DNA of 64,000 bases from an uncultured Coriobacteriales bacterium (GTDB taxonomy: Bacteria; Actinomycetota; Coriobacteriia; Coriobacteriales; UMGS124). Where the stretch lies: assembly GCA_934636245.1 (NCBI GenBank), contig CAKUAI010000006.1, forward strand, positions 8,548-72,547, given 5' to 3'. This document shows positions 42,983-51,231 of the stretch, in pieces (within the stretch, counting starts at the first letter, position 1; every line of letters starts with the position of its first letter). The notes under the pieces were generated by a model. That model saw nothing but the letters and a program-made list of their open reading frames with translations. It had not been told where the DNA came from and did not search any database. Both the position numbers and the translations under genes were made by a program.

Positions 42983-44989
42983 TTACGAGAGAAGCTCTTC
43001 CACGTCGGGGCGGTAGTCTTCCACAAGTTGCGGAGTGTCGCCGTCGAACTCGATAGCGGCGTCACCAATCTCGTCGTAGAGCTTCTCGTTCACCGCATCC
43101 ACCATGAGGCTCGCCATGCCGGCGCCCACAGCCGCTTTCGCGCCCGCCACATCACCGGCAAGCAGAGCCTGAAGAAATACCAGCTCAGAGATAGTGAGAC
43201 CGCAGGGCGCACCTAGCGCAGCGCAATCCACGCCCAAAGCAAAATCCACGGCTTCTTTGCCCGCTGTAGGACGTACATTCAACCCAGGCGCCGCATTCAA
43301 AGCGGAAGCCATAGTCGACTCACCCGCCGCGAGAACCACGCCTGGAACAGCCTCCGTGCCTGATGGGGCAATCACGCCAGAAGCGAAAGCCGCAGGTGCC
43401 TTGCCTGCCGAGAAGACTGCGCTCGAATCAGCGGCCGCACCCGCCGCAGGAACCGCGCACGAACCAGGAGTCGCATGTGTCCTACCCGCTTGGGACATCG
43501 CATACAGACCGGCCTCCTCGCGCAGTGTGCCCAGGGCAGTCGTAACCGGGGACACCGCAGGCGCGACTCCCGAGTGCGGCGCAGCGCCCACGCCCGCCAC
43601 CGTAGGCTCCTCGGCTCGCTCCTCATCTACCAGGAGCGACTCGCGCGTCTTGACGGCGGCCGTGCGAATGCCGCGCAGAAGCGAACGGTCGATATGAATC
43701 TTGGGGGTCTGCGCCGCAAGCCAGGCCTCATGGGCGGCCGTGGCCTCCTTGGTGACAAAGCCCTCGAGGTAGCGGGGCACCTCGTAGGCGCGCACCTGCT
43801 TGGGATACTCCCATATGCGGCGCATCTCGTGATCCACCGTGTGCATCAAAAGCCCCAGGTCGCGGCTGCGCGTCTCCTCCGCACAGGGCACCCGGCGCCG
43901 CCATGTGCCGTCGCGGCAGATGTACGCCTCAGAATCGCTCACGCGGTACGTGGCATCGGGATGGGTCTGCGGGGCATAGAACACGGCGCCGTAAAACATG
44001 GGATGGGCACGGCGCTGCTCGGCACCAAACAGCCCGTCGACATAGCCCACTTTGCGGCGATGGGCACAATGCTGAACCAGGCGCGCAAAGACACCGCAGG
44101 TCACAGCCTGCGTCTCGGCCGGATAGTCCTTGAAGAACTTTGAGCCAGTGAGGCGAAACGACGACGCCAGGCACATGGCGTCAAACGTTTTCTGCGCCAT
44201 GTCACCCACAAGTGAACCCCCGGCAAGCACAAGCGCCTCGGCCTCGCGCAGCACGGGAACGGCGGCGTACACATCAACGACATCGCGCTGGGAGGCGGGG
44301 CCGCTCACGCGTTCGAGAAGAGATCGGTCGAGGCCATGGTACACGATGTAGTCGCGCAGCCAAATGTGCAGGTAGAAGTCGAGCAAGCCGACATCTGTCG
44401 CGGCCTGCTTCTTCCATGCAACCCAAAAGGACGTCAGTGCCGCAAGCGCAGGCAGACCCTCCTGCGTTCCCACGCCCATGAGCAGCTCATAGATATAGAC
44501 GAACGCATAGCTCGCCGTGGAGGCGGCAATGACACCCTTGCGGGCCTGGGCGCGCCACGCCAAGTACGACGAAAGTTGACGGTCGTTCATGGCCTGGTAG
44601 GTGGGGAAATATGACTTGAAGGGCACTGTGGGGTCGCCTGTGCCGTCGAAGTCGGCAAGGGCGCGCGCCTGCTCGTAGAACACCCTCGCCACGGGGGCGT
44701 ACCTCAAGTCCTCGCGCTGTGCAAGCTGATGGATGAGCTGGTAGGGTCGCGACGACTCCGTGTCGCGGCGAAACTGGCTCCCCGTGCGCAGGATAGGCTC
44801 GTCCTCGTACACAGAACTCGAGAATCGGCTCGATTGGAAGGCCTGCGACGAGGCGATGCGGTCAAGCGCCGCTCGGGCGTCGCCCGGCTTGAGATGCCTG
44901 TCAAACTGTGCCTGAGCCATGTCCATCACCCCGCTTGTACCGCGCGTCACGACACGTCCGATGCGCCGCAACCCCTTTGAGACCCCCAC
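42983..44989 (-). CDS. sngA: TerB-N/TerB-C domain protein, Shango SngA-type
   Basis: TerB-N-like FKSYFPTYQAMNDRQLSSYLAWR. TerB-C-like C-terminus LMVDAVNEKLYDEIGD. Start uncertain (alternative ATG 44926). Confidence 0.7.
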   Translation of the reverse strand: MGVSKGLRRIGRVVTRGTSGVMDMAQAQFDRHLKPGDARAALDRIASSQAFQSSRFSSSVYEDEPILRTGSQFRRDTESSRPYQLIHQLAQREDLRYAPVARVFYEQARALADFDGTGDPTVPFKSYFPTYQAMNDRQLSSYLAWRAQARKGVIAASTASYAFVYIYELLMGVGTQEGLPALAALTSFWVAWKKQAATDVGLLDFYLHIWLRDYIVYHGLDRSLLERVSGPASQRDVVDVYAAVPVLREAEALVLAGGSLVGDMAQKTFDAMCLASSFRLTGSKFFKDYPAETQAVTCGVFARLVQHCAHRRKVGYVDGLFGAEQRRAHPMFYGAVFYAPQTHPDATYRVSDSEAYICRDGTWRRRVPCAEETRSRDLGLLMHTVDHEMRRIWEYPKQVRAYEVPRYLEGFVTKEATAAHEAWLAAQTPKIHIDRSLLRGIRTAAVKTRESLLVDEERAEEPTVAGVGAAPHSGVAPAVSPVTTALGTLREEAGLYAMSQAGRTHATPGSCAVPAAGAAADSSAVFSAGKAPAAFASGVIAPSGTEAVPGVVLAAGESTMASALNAAPGLNVRPTAGKEAVDFALGVDCAALGAPCGLTISELVFLQALLAGDVAGAKAAVGAGMASLMVDAVNEKLYDEIGDAAIEFDGDTPQLVEDYRPDVEELLS

Positions 44990-45078
44990 TTAAACACAAA
45001 GCGGGACCCGCACCATCCTGGAACGGGCCCCGACAGAAAAGAAGCGAAATGCAAGCAACCGTGATGCCGACGGACAGT

Positions 45079-45747
45079 CTACTCACCCAAGATGAGACGG
45101 GCCAGCTCGGCGGGGTTGTCAACAATGAAGTCGGCACCCGCCTCGACAAGCTCGGCACGGGGACGGAAGCCCCAGGTAACGCCGCAGGCTGCGATTCCCG
45201 CGTTGGTGCCGCACGCAATGTCGACCGACGTGTCCCCCACCATGAGAGTCAACTCGGGGTCGGCCCCCAACGCCTTCATGAGCGCGTGCGTCATGGGGGC
45301 GGCGGGTTTGGCGGGCAGCGTGTCGAGCCTGCCCTGCACAGCATCGAAAAGGCCCGGGAAGAACTTCTCGACAAGCGGGATGGCTTGCTCATGGTTCTTG
45401 TTCGTAAGCACGCCCACATGCACGCCGGCGGCCCTCAGGTGCTCCACGCAGGCGACGATGCCCTTATAGGGACCCGTCGTGTCTTCCTTGTGGGCGCTAT
45501 AGAGCTCGACAAACTCCTGGTAGGCAGCCTCAAGCGCATCGGGGTCGGCCGCAACGTCTTCAGGAACGAAACGCCTCACGAGCACGCGCTGGCCGTCGCC
45601 CACCATGCGCTTGAACGAATCGATGCAATGCGTGGGCCAGCCGTGCGCCTTGCACACGAGGTTGCCCGCGCAGGCCAGGTCGCCGATGGTGTTGAGCAGC
45701 GTGCCGTCACAGTCGAACAGCACGTACGAAAAACGAGGTTGGGTCAT
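45079..45747 (-). CDS. HAD family hydrolase (phosphoglycolate phosphatase-like)
   Basis: LFDCDGTLL motif I, GVLTNK, VGDTSVD. Confidence 0.85.
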   Translation of the reverse strand: MTQPRFSYVLFDCDGTLLNTIGDLACAGNLVCKAHGWPTHCIDSFKRMVGDGQRVLVRRFVPEDVAADPDALEAAYQEFVELYSAHKEDTTGPYKGIVACVEHLRAAGVHVGVLTNKNHEQAIPLVEKFFPGLFDAVQGRLDTLPAKPAAPMTHALMKALGADPELTLMVGDTSVDIACGTNAGIAACGVTWGFRPRAELVEAGADFIVDNPAELARLILGE

Positions 45748-45750
45748 AGA

Positions 45751-46854
45751 CTAGCGTGCCTCCACGTAACCCGTGCCGACAAGGGAAGTCATGATGTCAG
45801 ACAAGGTAGCGCAGTCGTCAAGCGTGGCCACTGCATCGGTCAGCGCGAACACAACGACAAGACCGCCGTCATCGGAGGGCATCATGATGAGCTCGTAGAA
45901 GCAGGGACGCTCTTCGGAAGCCTTGAGGTAGCCCAGGTCGAAGATGGGCGTACCGTCTTCGAGGCTTGCGCACCCCGCGCTGAACACGGAACTTTCCGTC
46001 TCGAGGTAGACGAGCTTGGATTCGTCAGCCATGGTCTGCGCTATGTCATACCCGGCACCGCCCAGGGCCTCGGGCGTAAGCTGGGCGCAGATAAGACCGG
46101 CAGAGCTCGTGTCGTTGGTGGCGATATAGGCATCGCTCACGATATCCTCGGCGTTGTCGAGCTCAAACGCCGCGGCAATCTCTTCGGGAGTCAGCTGCTG
46201 AAACGCGTAGTCGCCCGGAATGAGCATCGAGGTGCCGCCGAGGGTAAGCTGCTGGGCAGTGGGGTCGTCAGCCAGATAAGGCTCCCCGCTGTAGAGCACG
46301 GCATCCTCAACGATAAAGTTGTTCTCGGTCAGGAAGGTATCCGCGGCGTCGATCAGGTCGACGAGGGAATTGACGGCCTCGTTCGCCACGGCATTGAAGG
46401 CTTCCTTGACCTGAGCAGTCGTAAGGTTCGCCTCGGCAAGACTCTGGGAGGCCTCGTCGATGGCAGCCTGAGTGTCTGCGTCAATGGTATCGCCCAGAGC
46501 GTTGGTCACGATGGAGAGGTCGCCGGAAAGAATCTGATCGAGCGCGGCATCGTCAAGACCAAGCATCTCCATGACCAGGGCCGCATAGTCTGCATCGGAA
46601 TCTACGAGGAAATCCGGGTCGACGTCATCGGGATCGTCGGGCATGGTGGCCTGACTCGTATCCGGAGCGGGCTCGGCAATGGGAGACGCAATGGGAGTCT
46701 CGGTCGAAGACTGGCCCGAGAAACCAGAACCAAACACCGAGTTGGAAGCGGCATAAGCAGGAGCGGCAAAACAGGTGCCCGCAAGCGCCAGCGAGGCAAC
46801 GGCGGCGGAGATGCCCTGGATACGATTCCTCTTCATAAGAGCGACCCTTCTCAT
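45751..46854 (-). CDS. secreted acidic hypothetical protein
   Basis: Signal peptide MRRVALMKRNRIQGISAAVASLALAGTCFAAPAYA. Asp/Ala-rich mature part. Alternative start 46836. Confidence 0.6.
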   Translation of the reverse strand: MRRVALMKRNRIQGISAAVASLALAGTCFAAPAYAASNSVFGSGFSGQSSTETPIASPIAEPAPDTSQATMPDDPDDVDPDFLVDSDADYAALVMEMLGLDDAALDQILSGDLSIVTNALGDTIDADTQAAIDEASQSLAEANLTTAQVKEAFNAVANEAVNSLVDLIDAADTFLTENNFIVEDAVLYSGEPYLADDPTAQQLTLGGTSMLIPGDYAFQQLTPEEIAAAFELDNAEDIVSDAYIATNDTSSAGLICAQLTPEALGGAGYDIAQTMADESKLVYLETESSVFSAGCASLEDGTPIFDLGYLKASEERPCFYELIMMPSDDGGLVVVFALTDAVATLDDCATLSDIMTSLVGTGYVEAR

Positions 46855-47059
46855 AGCGTGTGCCCCGCTCGTTGACGGCGAGCACATCCGGTCCAACGTA
46901 TGGCGCAAAGCCTACCACACGCACGTTTCAAAACCGCGTTGCGCATGTCATATGTTTCGCAGCCTCAGCCTTAATCTGGCTCATATGTGTGCTGTTTATG
47001 AATCGGATGTTTTGACTAGCCAAGAGGAGACATAGCGCGTATAGTTACTTCTCGCACAT

Positions 47060-47135
47060 GCGGACTTGGCTCAGTTGGTAGAGCACAACCTTGCCAAGGT
47101 TGGGGTCGCGGGTTCGAGTCCCGTAGTCCGCTCCA
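47060..47135 (+). tRNA. tRNA-Gly (GCC)
   Basis: Cloverleaf folded by hand: acceptor GCGGACT/AGTCCGC, anticodon loop TTGCCAA, TTCGAGT T-loop, encoded CCA. Confidence 0.9.
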
Positions 47136-47149
47136 GTGATTATTCAAGA

Positions 47150-47173
47150 GGCCAGCGCAAGCTGGCCTTTTTT
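47150..47173 (+). terminator. terminator after tRNA-Gly
   Basis: GGCCAGC-GCAA-GCTGGCC followed by TTTTTT. Confidence 0.8.
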
Positions 47174-47755
47174 CGTTTAGCTGGTAGTTCTCTGCCGTGG
47201 CAGTAGATTTGACATGGACAGTACGGCCCCAGAAGCTTGCCCGTATACGTTTCTTGATGAAGCGTCGCGTGTTTGCACGCCCCTTTGGGTAGCCCGACCG
47301 TACACATGACTCGTTCGAAGGCGCCGCTCGCGGCACATGCCCGACTTCTGTCGTTTCCCCCATCCCCACCTGAAATAATCCGAACGCTCACGTGTCATCG
47401 AGACAGAGGTTTACTGGACCCCACCACCACGATCCGACACGGACGCCACTTCCGCGCATTGAAATCGAGAGATAGTGCCGCAAAAGTGGGGTTCTCCAGC
47501 CGCGTTCGTGGCTGCCAATGCACAACTAATTATTGAGCGCGCCGGACATTAAATACTGGCCAGCCTATGAGCAGGCATTTTGTTGTGAGGACGCTCAAGT
47601 GATCCCAGCGCACCGCCTTCGTTGGCTGTCCCCACTCGTCTTTGGCGGCTGGAGAACCGGGGTTTTGCGGAAACACTTCGCGCAAACACGTTGCAAATTC
47701 GCAGGAAGGGCTTTGGGAAATGACAAAGTTAGCAACAACCCATATGCCCGATAAC

Positions 47756-47780
47756 AAAAAAAGGGACCCCGCAGGGTCCC
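47756..47780 (-). terminator. terminator after tRNA-Leu
   Basis: GGGACCC/GGGTCCC stem followed on the minus strand by a T-run. Confidence 0.8.
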
Positions 47781-47794
47781 TTAGGCATTTCAAA

Positions 47795-47882
47795 TGGTGT
47801 CGGAGGCGGGACTTGAACCCGCAAGACCGTAAAGGTCACTAGCACCTCAAGCTAGCGCGTCTGCCTATTCCGCCACTCCGAC
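47795..47882 (-). tRNA. tRNA-Leu (GAG)
   Basis: Acceptor GTCGGAG/CTCCGAC, anticodon stem CTAGC/GCTAG with loop TTGAGGT, long variable arm, encoded CCA. Confidence 0.85.
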
Positions 47883-48008
47883 AACGCGGGGGATATAATG
47901 ACACAACTTGGTGCGAATCGCATCGCGATACTTCATGACTTCGGATAATTCACAAGTTGTCGACAACTCGCGTCTGAAGCCCCGTGCCACCGCTCCCCTC
48001 GGCAAAAC

Positions 48009-48431
48009 TTAGACCAGCATGCCCTTGGTGTGATCGATGGCGTGCTGAATGGCCTGAGCGGTGAAGCCGGAGTACTTCTTCACGCGAGAGAGCATCTTGC
48101 CGTTCTGCTCCTCCTGATAGGCCACGCGGATGAGCTGGTAACGAGTGGAGGTGCTCTCCTCGTCGAGGCTCAGGCAGCCCTCAGTGGCCTCGAAGGGCCC
48201 CATGAACTGAATGAGCTTGGGGTTGTACATGACATGGACCTTGTTGTTGTCGTCGGCAAAGGCGATGATGGCCTTGTTGTAGCCGATCTGGTTGGCAGCA
48301 AGGCAGGCGCAGCTCTCGGACAGGTGATTCATGGTGTCGACAAGGTCGGTGGCAACCTGGGCGTCCTCGATGGTTGCAGGCTCGCTGACCTGGGCAAGGA
48401 ATTCCTGGTCCTTGACAATCTCTTTGATCAT
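48009..48431 (-). CDS. peptide deformylase-like protein with a variant active site
   Basis: EGCLS motif present. Motif 1 reads CACLAANQ instead of GxGxAAxQ. Motif 3 reads QHAIDH instead of QHExDH. Confidence 0.7.
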   Translation of the reverse strand: MIKEIVKDQEFLAQVSEPATIEDAQVATDLVDTMNHLSESCACLAANQIGYNKAIIAFADDNNKVHVMYNPKLIQFMGPFEATEGCLSLDEESTSTRYQLIRVAYQEEQNGKMLSRVKKYSGFTAQAIQHAIDHTKGMLV

Positions 48432-48648
48432 GGTTCTCCCTCGAAGGTGGATAGGATACGTGAGTCGCTAGATTAGCAGGTACGCGCGATGATTTGCACG
48501 CGGATACGCAACCAGACGAAGATAGCGGAATTGTGTAGAAAATGAGTTCGTTCCCCATATTTGAAAATCATCGTTGCCAAAGACTCTCTGGAGGTGCAAT
48601 ATATCTAAGTCCTGCAGCGAGCACCACGCAAGACGCTGACAACTGCAT

Positions 48649-48723
48649 TCCCCGATAGCTCAATGGTAGAGCACTCGGCTGTTAACCGAGTTGTTGCAGG
48701 TTCGAGCCCTGCTCGGGGAGCCA
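48649..48723 (+). tRNA. tRNA-Asn (GTT)
   Basis: Acceptor TCCCCGA/TCGGGGA, anticodon loop CTGTTAA, TTCGAGC T-loop, encoded CCA. Confidence 0.9.
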
Positions 48724-50157
48724 TTCGCTATTCTTACGAACCAGTTCGATACGAGCTGGTTCGTTTTTTTGTGCCTGTTGGTGGTCCCAGTTGAGGGTCA
48801 CGACAGCCGCGTCATTGTCCAAGACAACAGACCACACGAAGCAGTCGATGATCTGCCTGTCGCTCATCGAGGTGCCGGAGAGCAAGAACTCCGTGAACTC
48901 CTCGACGGTGACGGTGGTCTCCTGCACCATGGCGAGCTCGGCCTCGGCGTGCGCCTTGGCGGCCTGCAGCTCGTCCATCCTCTCCCTCATGGCGGGCGTG
49001 TACAGCCCCTCCTCGATGGCGCGGACAAGGTTGCGCATGGCGTCGTCCGCCTTGCGTATGTCGGCCTGGATGCCGGCGCGCCTGCGCTCCACGGCGGCGC
49101 CGGTCTTGGATGCCACGACCATCTCTGCGATGTGCTCGGCCTCGGCGCGGTCGGACAGCATGGCGCGGATGCCCTGCACCACGGCGCGCTCGAGCCACTG
49201 CGCGCGGGTCCTCCGGATATGGTTGCGCGCGCCGCCGGCGCTGCAGGTGTAGTAGTCGTACCGCACGCTGCCCCTGCCGTGTGCGGACTCGCCCGATAGC
49301 CCGTGGCCGCATACGGCGCAGATGGCCTTGCCGACGAGCGGGTACTCCCTGTAGTCCTGCCTCTCGCGGTCGCGGCTCCTGGCGGCGACCTTCTCGTTTG
49401 CGGACTCCCACAGCGCCTCATCCACGATGGCGTCGAAGGCGTTCGGGGTCACGACCGTGCCCCACCGGTACTCCCCCACATACCGGCGCGACCTGATGAT
49501 CTTCCCGACAACCTGGTCCCTCATCGGCCTGCCTTGCGCGTTGACCACCCCGCGCGCGGCAAGGTCTGCGGCGATGCGGTGGTTCGTCTCACCGGCGGCG
49601 CGGCGCTCGAAGATCTCGCGCACAACGGCGGCCTCGGCCTCGTCCACAATGTATTTCCCGCCGACGTTGCGGTACCCGTACGGCCTGGGGCCGCCGTTCG
49701 GCATCGCCTTGAGGGCATTGCCCTCCATCCCTCGCCTCGTGCGCACGGAGGTCTTGCGGCTCTCGCAGGCGGCCAGCCCCTCGAGGAGCTTCTCGTAGAT
49801 GATGCCCTCCGGCGACTCGGGGATGCGCTCGAGCGCGGAGACCAGCTGCACGCCGTGGCGCTGAAGCTCGCGCTTGTATATCGGCGCGTCGAACTCGCTC
49901 CTTGAGAACCTGTCCATCATGTACACGACGACGAGGTCGGACTCCCCCGCCGAGGAGATCATACGCTGGAACTCCGGTCGCTCGTCAGTACGGCCCGACA
50001 CGGCGTGGTCGCAGTACTCCCGCACGACCTCGATGCCCTCGCGTGCGCACCACGCGCGGCACTCGCGCAGCTGGTCGTCGATGGACGCCTCGCGCTGCTT
50101 CGAGCAGCTGAAGCGCGCGTAGATGACGGCCGTCCTCGCCTTGCCCTGCATGTCCAC
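48682..50157 (-). CDS. large serine recombinase
   Basis: Resolvase domain AVIYARFSCSKQ, MMDRFSRS. Recombinase and zinc-ribbon domains (CAVCGH..YYTC). The last ~28 codons run through the tRNA-Asn terminator and tRNA 3' half. Confidence 0.9.
   Translation of the reverse strand: MDMQGKARTAVIYARFSCSKQREASIDDQLRECRAWCAREGIEVVREYCDHAVSGRTDERPEFQRMISSAGESDLVVVYMMDRFSRSEFDAPIYKRELQRHGVQLVSALERIPESPEGIIYEKLLEGLAACESRKTSVRTRRGMEGNALKAMPNGGPRPYGYRNVGGKYIVDEAEAAVVREIFERRAAGETNHRIAADLAARGVVNAQGRPMRDQVVGKIIRSRRYVGEYRWGTVVTPNAFDAIVDEALWESANEKVAARSRDRERQDYREYPLVGKAICAVCGHGLSGESAHGRGSVRYDYYTCSAGGARNHIRRTRAQWLERAVVQGIRAMLSDRAEAEHIAEMVVASKTGAAVERRRAGIQADIRKADDAMRNLVRAIEEGLYTPAMRERMDELQAAKAHAEAELAMVQETTVTVEEFTEFLLSGTSMSDRQIIDCFVWSVVLDNDAAVVTLNWDHQQAQKNEPARIELVRKNSEWLPEQGSNLQQLG
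48736..48770 (+). terminator. terminator after tRNA-Asn
   Basis: ACGAACCAG..CTGGTTCGT perfect 9-bp stem followed by TTTTTTT. Confidence 0.8.
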
Positions 50158-50211
50158 GGATGCCTCCTACTCCTAAATACTCAATTCGAAAATCAGTAAT
50201 AATCCGCTACG

Positions 50212-51141
50212 CTAAACTTGCGCCTCGCCGAAGCCGGGTATCTCGGGCGTCACGGTCGGCGGGATCACGTCGTGCACCTTGGTGATCACGTAGCTGTCGG
50301 CCTTGTCGATGAAGATGTTCAGCCTGCGGTCGAAGGCCTGCACCTTCTTGAGGTCGACGACCATGACGGTGCCCATGGTGAAGCTCAGCGACGGCAGCGC
50401 GTCGAGGAAGCCCTTGTCCGCGATGCTTGCCGATATCGACGCGCCCGCGCTGTTGACGAAGCCCCACTTGCGGTCGGCGGACATGACGAAGTTGGTCTTC
50501 ACGACGGAGAGCGACACGGCCTTCTCGACCGCCTCGCGCGTGCGCTCGCCCTCGCTCACGGGGGACGCGGCGATCGGGCCGAAGTCGTCGCGACCGACGA
50601 GCACCTCGCCCGGCGTCGACGCGCCGATGCTGAGCGACTCGACAGCCTCGTCGCCATCGAGGCTCGAGAAGGTTTCGCCCACCGCCTTGCCCGCCTTGGG
50701 GCTGTTGACGTAGAGGTTGTACGTGTTGCAGCCGACCGTGACGTTGGAGCCGTTGCCGGCAGTGACGATGACCGAGCCGTCGCCGGTCTGCCGTATCTCC
50801 TTGACGCCGCCGCCGCGCGCCACGTCGCGCCTGAAGCGGTAGAACTCGGCGGCCGTGGCCACGACGTCGGGGGCGATGGGGGCCATGCAGGCCACGACGT
50901 TTCGCAGGGCGTCCATGAGGCCCATCACCACGTCGACGTCCACCGAGACGCAGCCCGGCCGCACCGCCCGCACGTTGACGTCGACCGCCACGCGCGGGTT
51001 GATGAGCCTGGCCGCCTCCTGCACGACGGTCGCGTAGCCGAACAGCGTCGCCGTAAAGGCCCCGATGCCGACCTCCTCGGTCGGGCCCCCGAACTCGATT
51101 GTGACCCTCTCTCGTTCCATCTTCCTTCTCACTCTCAGCAT
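50212..51141 (-). CDS. orphan prophage cassette protein A (paralog of B and C)
   Basis: Shares leader and first codons MLRVRRKMERERV with C, and a C-terminal ~95-aa module with B and C. Alternative start ATG 51120. No family recognised. Confidence 0.7.
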   Translation of the reverse strand: MLRVRRKMERERVTIEFGGPTEEVGIGAFTATLFGYATVVQEAARLINPRVAVDVNVRAVRPGCVSVDVDVVMGLMDALRNVVACMAPIAPDVVATAAEFYRFRRDVARGGGVKEIRQTGDGSVIVTAGNGSNVTVGCNTYNLYVNSPKAGKAVGETFSSLDGDEAVESLSIGASTPGEVLVGRDDFGPIAASPVSEGERTREAVEKAVSLSVVKTNFVMSADRKWGFVNSAGASISASIADKGFLDALPSLSFTMGTVMVVDLKKVQAFDRRLNIFIDKADSYVITKVHDVIPPTVTPEIPGFGEAQV

Positions 51142-51171
51142 GCGCGCCTCCTCGGCGCGATTGTAGGGCGC
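51104..51171 (-). promoter_or_regulatory. repeated promoter/leader module, copy A
   Basis: Minus strand reads GCGCCC-TACAAT-CGCGCC-GAGGA-GGCGCG-C-ATG..GAGAAGGAAG-ATG. Identical by eye to 53842..53909. Confidence 0.6.
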
Positions 51172-51176
51172 GACGG

Positions 51177-51202
51177 TCATTTTGCCGAAGTCGGTAAAAT
51201 GA
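51177..51202. repeat. cassette-junction palindrome A
   Basis: TCATTTTGCCGA-AG-TCGGTAAAATGA (one G/A mismatch), 30 nt after the Abi stop. Confidence 0.8.
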
Positions 51203-51231
51203 TTCCCAGCCTGTCTCTCGGCGCCGCGCGC

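Noticed and set aside
47174-47755. tmRNA, RNase P, SRP RNA or 6S RNA in the tRNA spacer.
   Set aside because: I looked for tRNA-like ends, the GGTTCGA..CCA 3' signature and conserved RNase P/SRP boxes and saw none. This cannot be excluded without a covariance-model scan.
47016-47793. ORFs 47016..47369, 47273..47536 and 47530..47793 in the tRNA spacer.
   Set aside because: They overlap tRNA-Gly or the tRNA-Leu terminator, have no RBS or motifs, and differ in composition from real genes here.
51142-51180. N-terminal extension MTVAPYNRAEEAR of ORF 50212..51180.
   Set aside because: It is the translation of the shared TACAAT/hairpin module and is not matched in the B and C copies. It is more likely non-coding.
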